DNA from: Okamejei kenojei
Taxonomy: Eukaryota
DNA: 64,000 nt
Direction of reading: 5' to 3'
Assembly: GCA_035221665.1 (NCBI GenBank)
Contig: CM069151.1
Coordinates: forward strand, 33,976,001-34,040,000
Below, one piece after another: positions 15,001 through 26,039 of the stretch (positions within the stretch are counted from its first letter, which is position 1; the number at the start of each line of letters is the position of its first letter). Position numbers and translations under genes: made by a program. The notes below the pieces were generated by a model that saw only the letters and a program-made list of their open reading frames with translations, ran no database searches and was not told the origin of the DNA.

Positions 15001-18000
15001 TGAGAAACTACCGATGTTGAAATCTTGAGTGAAATAAAGTGCTGGAGTAACTCAGTGGGGTCAGGCAGCATATCTGCAGGACCTGGATAGGCAATGTATC
15101 GGGTCTGAAGTTGGTCCCAACCTGAAATGTTGCCTATCCATGTCCCCCAGAGATGCTGCCCAACTCTGGTGAGGACTGTTGGTCAAGTTAGACAAGTAGA
15201 AATTGCTCTGGGTAAACCAATCGAAGTATTAGTCTAGTAAACTTGATCTGCTTCTCATCCAATTTAATTCTCAAAGAAGGAGTCCAGTTATGCAGAGTAC
15301 TACCAGCTCTGGTCTCTTCATTGCTTTTATAACTGAAGGCTACATTCATATTGTATAACTGAAGGCTACATTCATATTTTATTCCCTCATCAATAAATAA
15401 TAATCTGTTAACTTTCCAATTTGTTTACTGCACTGGCATACTAATGTTTTATCCCAGATTCTGATCCCACTGTATCAGACTTTTGCAATGTCTCCATTTT
15501 ATTTGTTTCTGTCAAAATAGAATATCATACATTCCCACATACTCAACCATTAACTTGTTTGCTTGATCTTCCTTCATTTCTCCCCCCTACCTCCTTTCTT
15601 CCCACCTTGTTTCTAGGAAACTGGTTCCAGATGGTATCCGCACAGGAGCGTTTGACCAGGACTTTCACACGCAGCAGCCACACCTACACACGCACGGAAC
15701 GGACAGAGATCAGCAAAACGCGCGGTGGGGAAACAAAGAGAGAAGTCCGAGTGGAAGAATCAACACAAGTTGGAGGGGACCCTTTCCACAACGTGTTCGG
15801 AGAGTTCATGGGCCGTGAAAGCTTGGGCTCCTTTACCAATATTCCACGGGCTGAAGGTGTGCATCTGGCAAACTTAAACAAAATGGAGAGATAGCTTTGT
15901 GGTGTTGCTGTGTGCATACGACATTTTCTATCATTTCTGTCATTCTTTCTTTACAGTGGAAGTTGGGGCGAAGGTGATGACTGCTCAAGTCACCAGCCCA
16001 TCTGGGAAGATGGATGATGCAGAAATTATTGAGGGAGAAGACAGCACTTACAGTGTACGGTTCATACCACAGGAGATGGGCTCTCATATTGTCAATGTTA
16101 AGTATCGAGGCCAACATGTTCCCGGAAGTCCCTTCCAGTTCACAGTGGGACCGATGGGCGAGGGAGGATCCCACAAGGTTCGAGCTGGTGGTTCTGGTTT
16201 GGAGCGTGGTGTTGCTGCAGTGCCAGGTGAGTTCTGATAATTAATGAAGTGGCAAGTGTGTGTAGTTTTGGAAGGGTAGGAATGAGGCCTATTGTGACAA
16301 AGACGCTTGTAGACGAGAGAAACTGATAGATGTGGAAGGTCTTTATTCAACAAGATAAGTGGGCACTTCTTGTGGTAGAATCACCCTGAACCCTAAGTAG
16401 ATCGTGATTTAGTATTCTTAAACAGGAAGATGACAGCAGCTGATTGAATACAATTTTGGTAGCAATTTTAATAGCTACAACGGCATTTTTTATTTTTCTG
16501 ACGACATGGTTTCATTGAACAGCATATTTACATTGGGGTCACATTATAAATGACAGGACACCTCTGAATGTTCAAAGGTTCTCTGGACTAAAAGCTTTTG
16601 AGGACATAACCCAGACACTGAAAATTATTTCATGAAGGCTGACTCCTGAGTACACAAATTCCAATTATTAATATCCAGAGCAAATGTGAAGTGACAAAAA
16701 GTTCTGGGAACTTCGGAGCCCATCTTGGTGGGGGAGAAAGGAATGTCGGAGCAGTCTGGGGATGAGGTGGGAGGCAGACCAACCATGGGAAGGGCAGAAT
16801 ATGTGTGTAGATTTGGTGAGAATGCAGAGTGTATTATTATGTGACTATCCCTCGTATAGTCACTCACTGTTCTTTCCCTTTCTCCCATTTAAGCTGAATT
16901 CAGTATCTGGACTCGAGAGGCTGGAGCTGGAGGTCTCTCCATTGCCGTAGAAGGTCCAAGCAAAGCAGAGATCTCATTTGAAGATCGCAAGGATGGCTCG
17001 TGTGGCGTTTCCTACATTGTGCAGGAACCTGGTCAGTAAATTGAATGGAATCATTTGCCCCTTTTATCTTTTTCTGTATCCACATTTATCTTTAATTGAG
17101 CTGCTCCTTTTTTCCAGGTGACTACGAAGTATCCATCAAGTTCAACGATGAGCATATCCCAGATTCTCCATTCGTTGTTCCGATTGCTTCTCCCTCGGAT
17201 GCTGCCCGCAGACTCACTGTTACCAGTCTTCAGGTGGGCACAAGGCAGGCACTTAATGTGCTTCAGAGGGGTGGGTGCATGTAGCTTGTTTGGGAGGGAT
17301 GTGCTATGGCCAGTAATTCAAACTTCCTGTTCAAACCATTATAGAATGCAAGCCTTGCACAGTTGATGGGTGACGGTGCGATTACTCTGGGACTTTAGCT
17401 TGGTCTCTTGTGCCAATTGGGATGATCTGACTTCACTCAAGTGGATTTTGAGATTGATCCATGGTTTCCAGTTGGGGGAAACTCAGATTGACTTGCTTTC
17501 TTTGGTTTGGCACATTTTGAAGGGGCAGTGTCAAAGTTTTGTGTCACACAATAAATCATGTACAGACGACTACGTCTTGGGCATATGTTTTCAAATGTTT
17601 GTCCATTTAATCTATGTCTAGGAATCAGGATTGAAGGTCAATCAACAAGCCTCATTTGCAGTTCAGCTGAATGGAGCGAGAGGAGTGATTGATGCAAAAG
17701 TTCGGACCCCATCTGGGGCTGTGGAGGAATGTTACATGTCAGAGCTGGATAGTGGTGAGTGACTGGATACTAGATAATGTTGGTTTGAGGTGGGTGAAGG
17801 GACTCTCGTTTGTCATCTGCGCTGCATCCTCTTCTGTTGCCCCTGTACTGGTTCTGTTCCTCGCCCTCTATCCAGCCACACAACAGTTCACCCAGAGCAA
17901 CAATGCTGACAGCAATGGTTTTCATCATCTGATTTCTCAACATTCTGATTGGGCGACAGCACTGAAATCCAAGCATGCAATTCATTTGTGCAGATCTGCA

Positions 18001-21000
18001 TGGGAAAGGAGAAGGTGCCCCAGACGTTGACAAGAGCAAGATAGAGGGTGAGGCAGTGCAGGAGAGTGTAGATTCGCTGTGGCAGGGAGAGCTGGGAGCC
18101 AATCCAGCCGGATGTGGCTGTGGGGTGTTATTGATCTGACACAGAATAAGCAATCATTCCCACACCATGTGCCATGGCCTCTCTTGCAGCAGCTGCCTGG
18201 GGCTTAAGCTGTAACACGAGATCCAGGCTCCTGCAGCCTCCAGTAATTCAGAAACTTCTAGAAGGACAACATAAGGTCATAACTTGTTCAGAGCTATTTC
18301 CTCAGCGTTTCTGAAGATTTGTTTTTCAGTTTTCTCTTTGCACTGAATTCAACAAAGTGTCTGTAATTGTACCTCCCATTTCCCTCCGTCCGTGTGTAGG
18401 TCTGTGTGCATGTCTCTGCCTATCTCAACACTAGCCGTCTATGGATTGCTGCACTCAGAGTGCCACCTACTGGCAGTGGGAAGATCTCCAGGACTTGAAG
18501 ACAATTAAGGAATAGATGTTGGACATTGGATTGTCTAAGTGGGAAACAGCTGCTTCATGCAGAAAAAATATCACTTAATCCTTCACAGAACTCTAGAGCA
18601 CGTTAGTGACAGTGGCAACTATGCTGGACAGTTTTGAAACAAGTTGTATTTGGCCCCAAGAGGAGCTCCTTGTCTTATTTGTCAACAACACCTTTTTTCG
18701 CATTACTTGATTCTGCTGCTGCACAGCTGTTACTGATGCCCTCGTCCATGACTTTAATCAGTGTAAAATTTTAATGTTGTAAGGAACTCACTGGCGAGTT
18801 CTGGAATATAACTGTATTGGTTCACAAATTAGTTCACAAGTTATAGGAGTATAATTAGGCCATTTGGCCCATCAAGTCTACCTCGCCATTCATTCATGGC
18901 TGATCTGCCTTCTTCCCATAACCCAGAGATGCCAACCCTAAATTTAGTTCACAGTAACATTCAACCCATTTGTCCGTAACAAATGGGGTTAAATGCATTT
19001 CTCTCCGTAACATACTCACTTGGGGTTGTTGCCGGCGGCTATGCGCCTGCGCTCTGGTGCAGATCAGCGGGCTGCCGGCGGGCGGGTGCGGCACATGCGC
19101 ACTTGGCAAGGTTGCCGGCGGGTCTGCGCCTGCGCACTGGGTGGGGGTGGGGGTGGGGGGGAGGCCCGGTGAAGGGGCTGCCGCGAGCGGCCGGCTGGCG
19201 GCAAGAAAGTGCCGCTGATCGCGCGGGCCGGCGCCGCCCGGGCTCTGGGCCGGGCGTGGCTGCGAGCTGCCGGGCTGGCAAACCGGGGGCACATGGCGCC
19301 GGCGTTCACCACGGGAGGAACACCGGCGCGGCAGTGTTCCGTAACAGCATGTTTGGCTGCCGGAACACCGTAAAAAGGTTATTTCGCCGGGACAAAATAC
19401 GGCGAATCCGGGACACTTGGCATCTCTGCATAACCCTTGACACTCGTTCTAATCAAAAATTCAAGTCGATTAAGTTTCCATAATGACCACAGTGTAATAG
19501 TACACAACAGATCTGAATGTTCCCTAGTATTGAATCGGCAGACATCCTTATTCTAGCTTCTGTAAACCTAATGTTATCCAAAATTCTATGTGTATACTGA
19601 TTCCACGTCCTATTGTATACACCCCCAGCATTGCTAACTCATGTAGCTTCCAAATATAACAGCTGTTTTTTTTAAACTCTATCTTAAATTTTCTATTCCC
19701 TGTAGCTTGGACCCCTTCCTAACTCTAATTTCCACCAGCTCTCCTTAGAGATATGCCAGAACTTAGACTGTTTCTGTTCACAGACAACTTTGCAATCCGC
19801 TTCATACCACGTGAAAATGGTGTCCACTCCATCGATGTCAAGTTCAATTCCTGTCACATCCCAGGCAGCCCATTCAGGATCCGAGTGGGAGAGCCAGGAC
19901 AGACGGGGGATCCTGGCTTGGTCTCTGCCTATGGCCCTGGACTGGAAGGAGGTGTCACAGGTATAATACCTTGGTACATTTGACTTGAAATCATCAGGAT
20001 TTATCATGCATGGATAGCTGGTGGGGGAGGGATTGCAATGCATGTTTGACAAGTGTGGATTGTGAATTAAAACAACGCGTTGGTAATGTACTAGTTAGAA
20101 TCTGTTTATGGGTTTGTGGCGTTAAAATATTTTTAAAAAATCTGGGATACAGAAGATGCTGAAAATGCACAGCAAGTTGGGCAATGTAATGAGAACTGGA
20201 ATATTGCAAGCTTGAATTTAGTGGTTCAGTAGGGATTTGAATAGATATCAATGGATACTTGTCATGACTTGGATGTTGGAATGTTATTGAGAGAATCCTT
20301 GCAGAGAATAACAGGTACCAAATGTGAAATACAAGCTGGTTTGGGGGCTTAGTTGCTTGTTTCAGCTATCCTAGACTGTAAATGCTGGAAAAGATTGTTT
20401 CACAGTGATTGTGTGTGTTTTGTGCAGGAGTGCCCTCAGAATTCATTGTCAATACATGTAATGCGGGGGCTGGAGCTCTTTCTGTCACCATTGATGGTCC
20501 GTCAAAAGTGAAGATGGACTGCCAAGAGGGCCCAGATGGTTATAAGGTAACCTACACACCAATGGCCCCTGGTAATTACCTGATCTCCATAAAATATGGT
20601 GGACCTCAACATATTATTGGCAGTCCATTCAAGGCTAAGGTCACAGGTGAGCACAAGTTCATTGGATCGTAGAAATGTATAACATGAAAAGATAGCATAC
20701 AATCTTTTTAAACTGGAATATAAATAATGAGGCTATCAAGTCTAACTCCACCTCCCAGGGAGCTGTGACAGGACTAACTTGTGCCTGTTTTCTATTTCAG
20801 GAGTTCGATTGTCAGGGGGCCACAGTTTACACGAGACATCCACAGTCTTGGTTGAAACAGTTACAAAGTCATCCACAGTTGCTGGCTATGGACCAATGCC
20901 CAAATTCACATCTGATGCCAGCAAAGTGGTATCTCGAGGGCCTGGCCTGTCCAAGGCTTTCATTGGGCAGAAAAATAACTTCACTGTGGACTGCAGCAAA

Positions 21001-21331
21001 GCAGGTAGGTGTCTGGGAACCTGGCTTAAACCATGCTAGGCTAGTATTACCTTCATTCATTGGCTTGTGACAAACCCAGCAAATGTGCATTTGTTGTGAT
21101 CCCTTGCAGTGATGCGCTCACTGAAGTAACCTTTTTGTTTCAGGAACTAACATGTTGATGGTGGGCGTGCATGGCCCGAAGACCCCTTGTGAAGAAGTTT
21201 ATGTGAAACACATGGGTAATCGTGTATATAACGTCACATACACTGTGAAGGAAAAGGGCGACTATATTCTGATTGTGAAGTGGGGCGATGAGTGTGTGCC
21301 TGGTAGCCCATTCCATGCTACTGTCCCCTGA
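1..21331 (+). CDS. FLNC: Filamin-C, 3' part (24 coding exons, about Ig repeats 13-24; 5' end outside window)
   Basis: 24 GT-AG exons splice in frame into filamin Ig repeats (GSPF motifs). They include the FLNC-specific Ig20 insertion ([21 protein letters not shown]...) and the C-terminus [20 protein letters not shown]6V1F follows, as in human. Confidence 0.98.
372..495 (+). CDS. FLNC: FLNC exon (about human exon 26)
   Basis: [40 protein letters not shown]; ccag| and |gtgag. Confidence 0.95.
1041..1197 (+). CDS. FLNC: FLNC exon (about exon 27)
   Basis: [26 protein letters not shown]...LLTVQII; tttgcag| and |gtaagt. Confidence 0.95.
1827..2016 (+). CDS. FLNC: FLNC exon (about exon 28)
   Basis: [17 protein letters not shown]...[11 protein letters not shown]; canonical splice sites. 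Confidence 0.95.
2636..2659 (+). CDS. FLNC: FLNC 24-nt microexon (about exon 29)
   Basis: VSIGGHGL; CTAAC branch point at 2611, cccacag| acceptor, |gtgagt donor. Confidence 0.93.
   Translation, partial: CPSVAMD
3293..3540 (+). CDS. FLNC: FLNC exon (about exon 30)
   Basis: [23 protein letters not shown]...PNSPFHVV; |gtaagt. Confidence 0.95.
5146..5245 (-). mobile_element. CR1-type LINE 3' tail fragment
   Basis: agaaacatagaaaataggtgcagg...ggccattcggccc, same tail as the copies at 34491 and 48024. Confidence 0.75.
5861..5956 (+). CDS. FLNC: FLNC hinge-1 cassette exon (about exon 31)
   Basis: [32 protein letters not shown], phase 0-0, resembles human hinge 1 (ACDPLP...PTHW); absent from ORF track. 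Confidence 0.9.
7333..7432 (+). CDS. FLNC: FLNC exon (about exon 32)
   Basis: [33 protein letters not shown]. Confidence 0.95.
7530..7670 (+). CDS. FLNC: FLNC exon (about exon 33)
   Basis: [20 protein letters not shown]...YDGNHIP. Confidence 0.95.
8126..8254 (+). CDS. FLNC: FLNC exon (about exon 34)
   Basis: [22 protein letters not shown]...TKDAGE. Confidence 0.95.
8541..8686. mobile_element. Penelope-derived palindromic short repeat
   Basis: agatgctgg...tagacacaa...ctgaggaagagtctcgacc...gttactccagcattttg; family recurs many times in the window. Confidence 0.65.
8884..9057 (+). CDS. FLNC: FLNC exon (about exon 35)
   Basis: [16 protein letters not shown]...GSPFTAKIT. Confidence 0.95.
9445..10045 (-). 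mobile_element. Non-LTR retrotransposon 3' fragment (Rex1/RTE-like, family uncertain)
   Basis: Begins with gagtttgagtttagtttattgtcac tail; segment gatagtagttcag(g/a)actgctctc...gtggtaggatggttca repeated near 29605. Confidence 0.55.
10387..10548 (+). CDS. FLNC: FLNC exon (about exon 36)
   Basis: [21 protein letters not shown]...LPNRHI. Confidence 0.95.
10695..11070 (+). mobile_element. Degenerate CR1 LINE 3' fragment
   Basis: [26 protein letters not shown]-like remnant ending in gggcctgtttctgtgctatat. Confidence 0.7.
12014..12217 (+). CDS. FLNC: FLNC exon (about exon 37)
   Basis: [15 protein letters not shown]...FIVDTRGA. Confidence 0.95.
12510..12662 (+). CDS. FLNC: FLNC exon (about exon 38)
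   Basis: [20 protein letters not shown]...KFADCHVP. Confidence 0.95.
12851..12973 (+). CDS. FLNC: FLNC exon (about exon 39)
   Basis: [40 protein letters not shown]. Confidence 0.95.
13430..13835. repeat. Unclassified interspersed repeat with poly-C tract
   Basis: CpG-richer block within an AT-rich intron, internal duplication (gatacagaaaaaaatcgca / gatatggaaaaaaaatcaca), long C-run at about 13723-13741. Confidence 0.4.
15328..15378. repeat. 26-bp tandem duplication
   Basis: tataactgaaggctacattcatatt present twice. Confidence 0.85.
15617..15856 (+). CDS. FLNC: FLNC Ig20 insertion exon (about exon 40)
   Basis: [56 protein letters not shown]..., diagnostic of FLNC versus FLNA/FLNB. Confidence 0.96.
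15957..16226 (+). CDS. FLNC: FLNC exon (about exon 41)
   Basis: [17 protein letters not shown]...ERGVAAVP. Confidence 0.95.
16894..17031 (+). CDS. FLNC: FLNC exon (about exon 42)
   Basis: [45 protein letters not shown]. Confidence 0.95.
17118..17233 (+). CDS. FLNC: FLNC exon (about exon 43)
   Basis: [38 protein letters not shown]. Confidence 0.95.
17622..17754 (+). CDS. FLNC: FLNC exon (about exon 44)
   Basis: [44 protein letters not shown]. Confidence 0.95.
18460..18473 (-). promoter_or_regulatory. Candidate CTCF site in FLNC intron
   Basis: Minus strand reads CCAGTAGGTGGCAC, matching the CTCF core CCASYAGRKGGCRS. Confidence 0.5.
18924..19428. mobile_element. Non-autonomous DNA transposon (MITE), hAT-like termini, 7-bp TSD
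   Basis: TIRs CAGAGATGCCAA / TTGGCATCTCTG flanked by CATAACC on both sides; GC-rich interior; nested in a LINE-tail remnant. Confidence 0.85.
19784..19960 (+). CDS. FLNC: FLNC exon (about exon 45)
   Basis: [20 protein letters not shown]...GPGLEGGVT. Confidence 0.95.
20428..20646 (+). CDS. FLNC: FLNC exon (about exon 46)
   Basis: [26 protein letters not shown]...GSPFKAKVT. Confidence 0.95.
20801..21004 (+). CDS. FLNC: FLNC exon (about exon 47, hinge 2)
   Basis: [24 protein letters not shown]...FTVDCSKA. Confidence 0.95.
21144..21331 (+). CDS. FLNC: FLNC last coding exon (Ig24 dimerisation repeat)
   Basis: [24 protein letters not shown]...[20 protein letters not shown]. Confidence 0.96.
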
Positions 21332-22224
21332 ATGACTGATGGAACCTTTGTTACATCCCAGAGGATCTGAATTGTCTAAGTTTTGTAGAAAAACAACAAA
21401 AAAGTTAACTTAAAAACTAATATCCAGCCTTGCATTTGCAGGGATGGGGTGTTTGGGGAGGGTGGGGGGGGGGGGGGGAAGAGATGGGAGTGGGGACGGG
21501 TAGGGAGATTGTGGGGAGGGGTTGGGGGAAGAGTTTCTCTGGGCAAACACCAGACAACTGATTTTTAGAAGCTGACTGAATTTACCAGAACAATTGGCAA
21601 TTTCTCCTTGGTTAAGAGTGTCCCCAAGAACTCTGCAGTAAAAATATTGGAGCTTGTTTTGGAGGGTATTGAAAGGAGCCAGTACCGGCTGCATACCTGC
21701 CTGGCACCCCCTCCAGGTGCTGCAGCTCCAAGGACGATTCACCTTCTCGATCTTCTGCTCCTCTTGAAGCAAGACAGACAACTTCTAATGTTCTTTTCAA
21801 AGGGTATTGGTGGATCCTTGGGCTTATTTGTCCCTGTGCTGAGGCTAAGAAGGGGTTGATGGAAATGGGTTCCAAAAAACTTTAATTAGTTAATCAACCA
21901 TTGTGTTTAGTCTGTACATCTCCCACTTATCCCATGTCCTCCCCTTTATCCCGTTACTTTCCCAATATGATATGACGTCCAATTTCTCCGACCACTAGTT
22001 ACCCTGACCAGATACTGCACTGACAGTTTGGAGCAAGACATTTGGTGATCTGACTGCTATACGCATGGAAATGAGCTAGACCATGCAAGGGTTACAGCAC
22101 ATAAAGTGCTGGACATGCCCTCGGACATGGGTGGCAATGTTGGAGTTGTTACTTTGTTTGTTTCTAGACAACTTTGTATGAAAGTGAGCCCTTGTATTTG
22201 ATACATCAACCAATGTCTGGCAAT

Positions 22225-22230
22225 AATAAA
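22225..22230 (+). terminator. Probable FLNC polyadenylation signal
   Basis: AATAAA about 0.9 kb after the stop, followed by T/GT-rich sequence. Confidence 0.7.
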
Positions 22231-22543
22231 ATATACCTGATAACATTTTGTCTCATGCTTTTGTCCTATTGGAAGTAACTGTCTCATCTTCAGTTACTTG
22301 GAATTGAATAGGGTATCCAGGAAGATTTTGGGGTTGAGAATTAACAATGTGTTATCAGTCACAAAACTGGCTTGAACCTCTGACTCTCATCTTTCTTCAT
22401 AGTTTTACAGTAAAGAAACAGACCTGATGTCCCATAATGTCCAAGCTGACCATTTTGCTTGCCTACACTTAACTATTTACTTGCAAGAGTTCACTTTTTG
22501 TGTCTATGCCTTAAGTGCATTTTATAAATGTAGCAATGATATC

Positions 22544-22710
22544 NNNNNNNNNNNNNNNNNNNNNNNNNNNNNNNNNNNNNNNNNNNNNNNNNNNNNNNNN
22601 NNNNNNNNNNNNNNNNNNNNNNNNNNNNNNNNNNNNNNNNNNNNNNNNNNNNNNNNNNNNNNNNNNNNNNNNNNNNNNNNNNNNNNNNNNNNNNNNNNNN
22701 NNNNNNNNNN
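22544..22710. other. Assembly gap (167 N)
   Basis: Run of N. Confidence 0.99.
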
Positions 22711-22779
22711 TTTTAAAAAACTATTTTCTTTTGCCTTAAACCTATGCCCTCTTGATGATCCTCTGACCATTGGGGGAAA

Positions 22780-23780
22780 AAAGGATTCTCAATGCCTGTC
22801 AATTTTGTTCAGATCACTCCACAGTTTCCTTCACTCAATGGGAAGCCCATCCAATCAAATCTTCCTGCTCTTCACTTTCATTATAGCAGCCTCTGCACCC
22901 AACACATAATTCTGACATTTCCACTATCTTCAACAGGATCACACCACCAGTCACAAATGCCCGTCCCCACAGTTTTCTGCAAAGACTACTCTCCTCAACT
23001 CTTTGGTTTGCTCAACCTTTTCCACTCAATACACCTCCTCCCCAGGCACTTTTCCCCTACAACTGCAGGAAATGTAACACCTATTCCTGCAGTTCCTCTC
23101 ACTTACAGGATCCATTGCAGGTTCTCCATGTGCAAGAGAGGTTCATATGCACCTCTTCCAGCCTGGCCTGTTGCATTCAGTGCTCTCTATATAGCCTCTT
23201 GAATCAGCGAGACCAGGTGTAGCCTACACGACTATTTAGCGGTACACGCGCTTGGTCTGCCTAGCCCTCCTGGATCACCCAGATACTAACCATTTTAACT
23301 CTCCTTCCTGTTCCAATACCAACCTTTCTAACCTTGGCCTCCTCCATTTGCCAGTGAGGCCAGACACAAACTGGAAGAACAAAACTGGAAGGCAGCACAG
23401 TGGCACAGAAGAGTTGCTGCTTTACAGTGCCTGAGACCCAGGTTCGATCCTGACTATGGGTGCCTGATTAATTGGCTCGGTGAAATTGTAAATTGTGCAG
23501 GGTTCGTTGGTCAACGTTGGCATAATGGCCTGTTTCCATGTGTAACTCTAAACTAAACTAAGCAGTTCTTATTCCACTTGGGTACAACCCAATGGTACAA
23601 ACACTGAATTCTCCAACTTTATGTAATACCCCCATCCTCCAACTGTCTCGCACCAGCTGAGACACCCTGCTCCTTCCCCTTCATCCATATCCTCACCTCC
23701 CATAAGATACCCAAATTTTATTTTCAATCCAACTATTCGCCTTCCTCCGTCCTCTTCCACCCAGTCTTCTGGTATCACTC
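22780..23780 (+). mobile_element. Degenerate Penelope-like retroelement, GIY-YIG endonuclease C-terminal remnant
   Basis: Remnant frames such as NHFNSPSCSNTNLSNLGLLH, KLEEQ and QPNGTNTEFSNF follow the Penelope endonuclease tail pattern; interrupted by a SINE. Confidence 0.7.
23391..23561 (+). mobile_element. tRNA-derived SINE (HE1-like, internally deleted)
   Basis: A-box-like tggcacag, B box GGTTCGATCC at 23441, LINE-like tail ggcctgtttccatg...(ctaaa)n. Confidence 0.8.
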
Positions 23781-23999
23781 CACTTGCTATTGAAGGTGCA
23801 GAAAATTATGCCTGAGCCCCACAGCCTCCTGGGATAGATCTTGTCTATCCGTGGGATTTAAGAACATTGATGCGTTCCAAGATATTTAAATCTCCACTTT
23901 CCTCATACTGAAATGTTCCGGATTATCAACGTATCGCTCCATGAACTCTATCCTCCACATCCTTCATGTGGAAATACAGACCTATTATTTTAGGACTGG

Positions 24000-24570
24000 A
24001 CTCTGGATTGTCTGGAGCTTTGTAAATAGGAGTTATAGTGAAGTGGTCACTTCTAATTTATTGGAAGAGAGTAGATGGGTGGCCACAAGAAAAAGAAGAG
24101 TTGGTAGAGCGTGCAAGTTACCCTTATGGTCATTCCTCTTCAAAACACATACCCTTTTGGATACTGCTGAGGGGGTTGACCAGCCAAGGATAAGTGGCAG
24201 TCAGGTCTGTAGCCCTGAGTGTGGCACCGAGCCTGGCTCCGTGGCACAGCGGGGAAGGGTAATGTCGGGCAGAGCCATAATGGTAGGACCGTGTGTAGGA
24301 AAAAACTGGATGCCGGTTTAACTCGAAGGTAGACACAAAATGTTGGAGTAACTCAGCGGGACAGGCATTCTGTTGAGAAGGAATGGATGATGTTTCGGCT
24401 CTCGACCCAAAACGTCACCCATTCCTTCTCTCCAGTGGTAGGAAATTTGTTAGTCCTTAGGGGACAGACAGGAGATTCTGTGGCAGCAACTGAGGCTCCA
24501 GGATGTCATAAGAGCAGCTGCATTACATTCTTGAGGGGAAGAGGGAGCAGCCAAAAGTCATTAATACATT
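24000..24570 (+). mobile_element. CR1 ORF1 fragment interrupted by a Penelope-derived palindromic repeat (about 24293-24435)
   Basis: ataggagttatagtga...agatgggt...ggagcagcc shared with 52190-52760. Confidence 0.6.
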
Positions 24571-26039
24571 TAAGTACGAGGTGTTGTATTAATTTAAATT
24601 TTCCAGAGCAGCAGGAACCCTCCTCCCTGAAAGAATATTAATCCCAGTTAAGGCACAATCCCTCTGAATTGTAGAGATCCCACCTAACCCAGAAGGGTTC
24701 CCAATTATCAAAGTATCTAAAGCCTGTCCTCTGGCACCAGCTCTTTAGCCACACTTTCAGATGACCCATCCTCGTGTTTTTACCATCACTAGTATTTGGC
24801 ACAGAGTAATCCCAAGATTATGACCTTGCTTTTGAAATTTCGGCTGAATTCCCAATATTCACTCTGGAGGATCTCATTCCTCTTTCTACTCATGTTATTA
24901 GTACCACAACCTCCAGCTGTTCTTCTGCCTTATGTTCCACGACATGTCTGACACAGACATTATGGGCTAGAGAACCTGTACTTGTGCTGTTCTATGTTCT
25001 AATATAGGTAAGATTAAGGGAGATTTCTTCATTGAATTTTGGGAATTCCCTATACCTAAAGGCTAGGCGGTTGGGAATATCCTAGTTATATAATATAAAT
25101 TATAATGCAAGGTATTTTATTAAGTAAAGATTAATTTGACTTCTTTGGCTCTTGAGTAAACGGAAACTTTGTAATTCTGTGCTGTAAAAGAGCTGGGTGA
25201 TCAGGAAATTGGAGGCCAGCATTCAAACTGCATTCAAGCTGCTTCCTATGTGCCCAATCAAAATATATTGACAATGTTGGGAGAGGACGTACTTCCTGAG
25301 AAGGTTCTGTTTTTTGTAAACAAGCCTTGAGAGGATGTGTCTCCTTTGGAGTGAGGGTTCTGTAAACAGGAACTTCTGGTTGGTAGCTGACAATCGAAGA
25401 TTACACTGTTAAGACAGAATTGTAAATTTTGGGCTTTGACTAAGTTCCTGTTTCGATGTTTGTGATCAACAGTTTATGATTGATATAAGCACAGGATGAC
25501 GAGTATTGTGTTAGTGACAAGAATGCTTTGAATGGGTATACTCTGTGATTTATTTGTGTTAAACACCATTGTTGTATAAATATGTTAATTCAAAGTAATA
25601 TTTCTATATATTAAGGGAATCATAGGCAAAGTGCAGAAAAATGGGATTAAGGCAGAAGAGCAGTCATGATGAATGATGGAGTAGATTCAAAGTGCCAAGT
25701 TTTATTTCTTAAAGTTTAATAAAAGTTCAAGGAACAACATATGATTCCCCATGAGTACACTGCAGCCTTCAGGACAATGAATAATTCAAGAACAGCTTCT
25801 TCCCTGCTGTTATCAGACTCTTGAATGGACCTCTCATGTACTAATGATGACTTCCTGATCTTCCAATCTACCTCGTTACGGCCTTTGAATTAAAAAAAAT
25901 CTGCACTTTGTAACACTATCTTCAGGTAGGAAAATGGGGTTGAGAGCGATTAGACAGATCATCCATGATTTAATGGGAGAGTACACTCGATAGGCCGAAT
26001 GGCCCTAATTTTGCTCCTATAACATGAACATAGCATCCC

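Noticed and set aside
17015-17117. Filamin Q/R A-to-I editing site homolog (YIVQEPG, CAG at 17022-17024)
   Set aside because: Editing is established for FLNA/FLNB, and I see no complementary sequence in the 86-nt downstream intron.
18894-19483. Overlapping GC-rich ORFs of 80-166 aa
   Set aside because: They lie inside a TIR-bounded MITE; open frames reflect GC content.
22427-22909. ORFs spanning X runs
   Set aside because: Artefacts of the N gap.
23391-23460. tRNA-like A/B boxes
   Set aside because: SINE head with no cloverleaf; not a tRNA gene.
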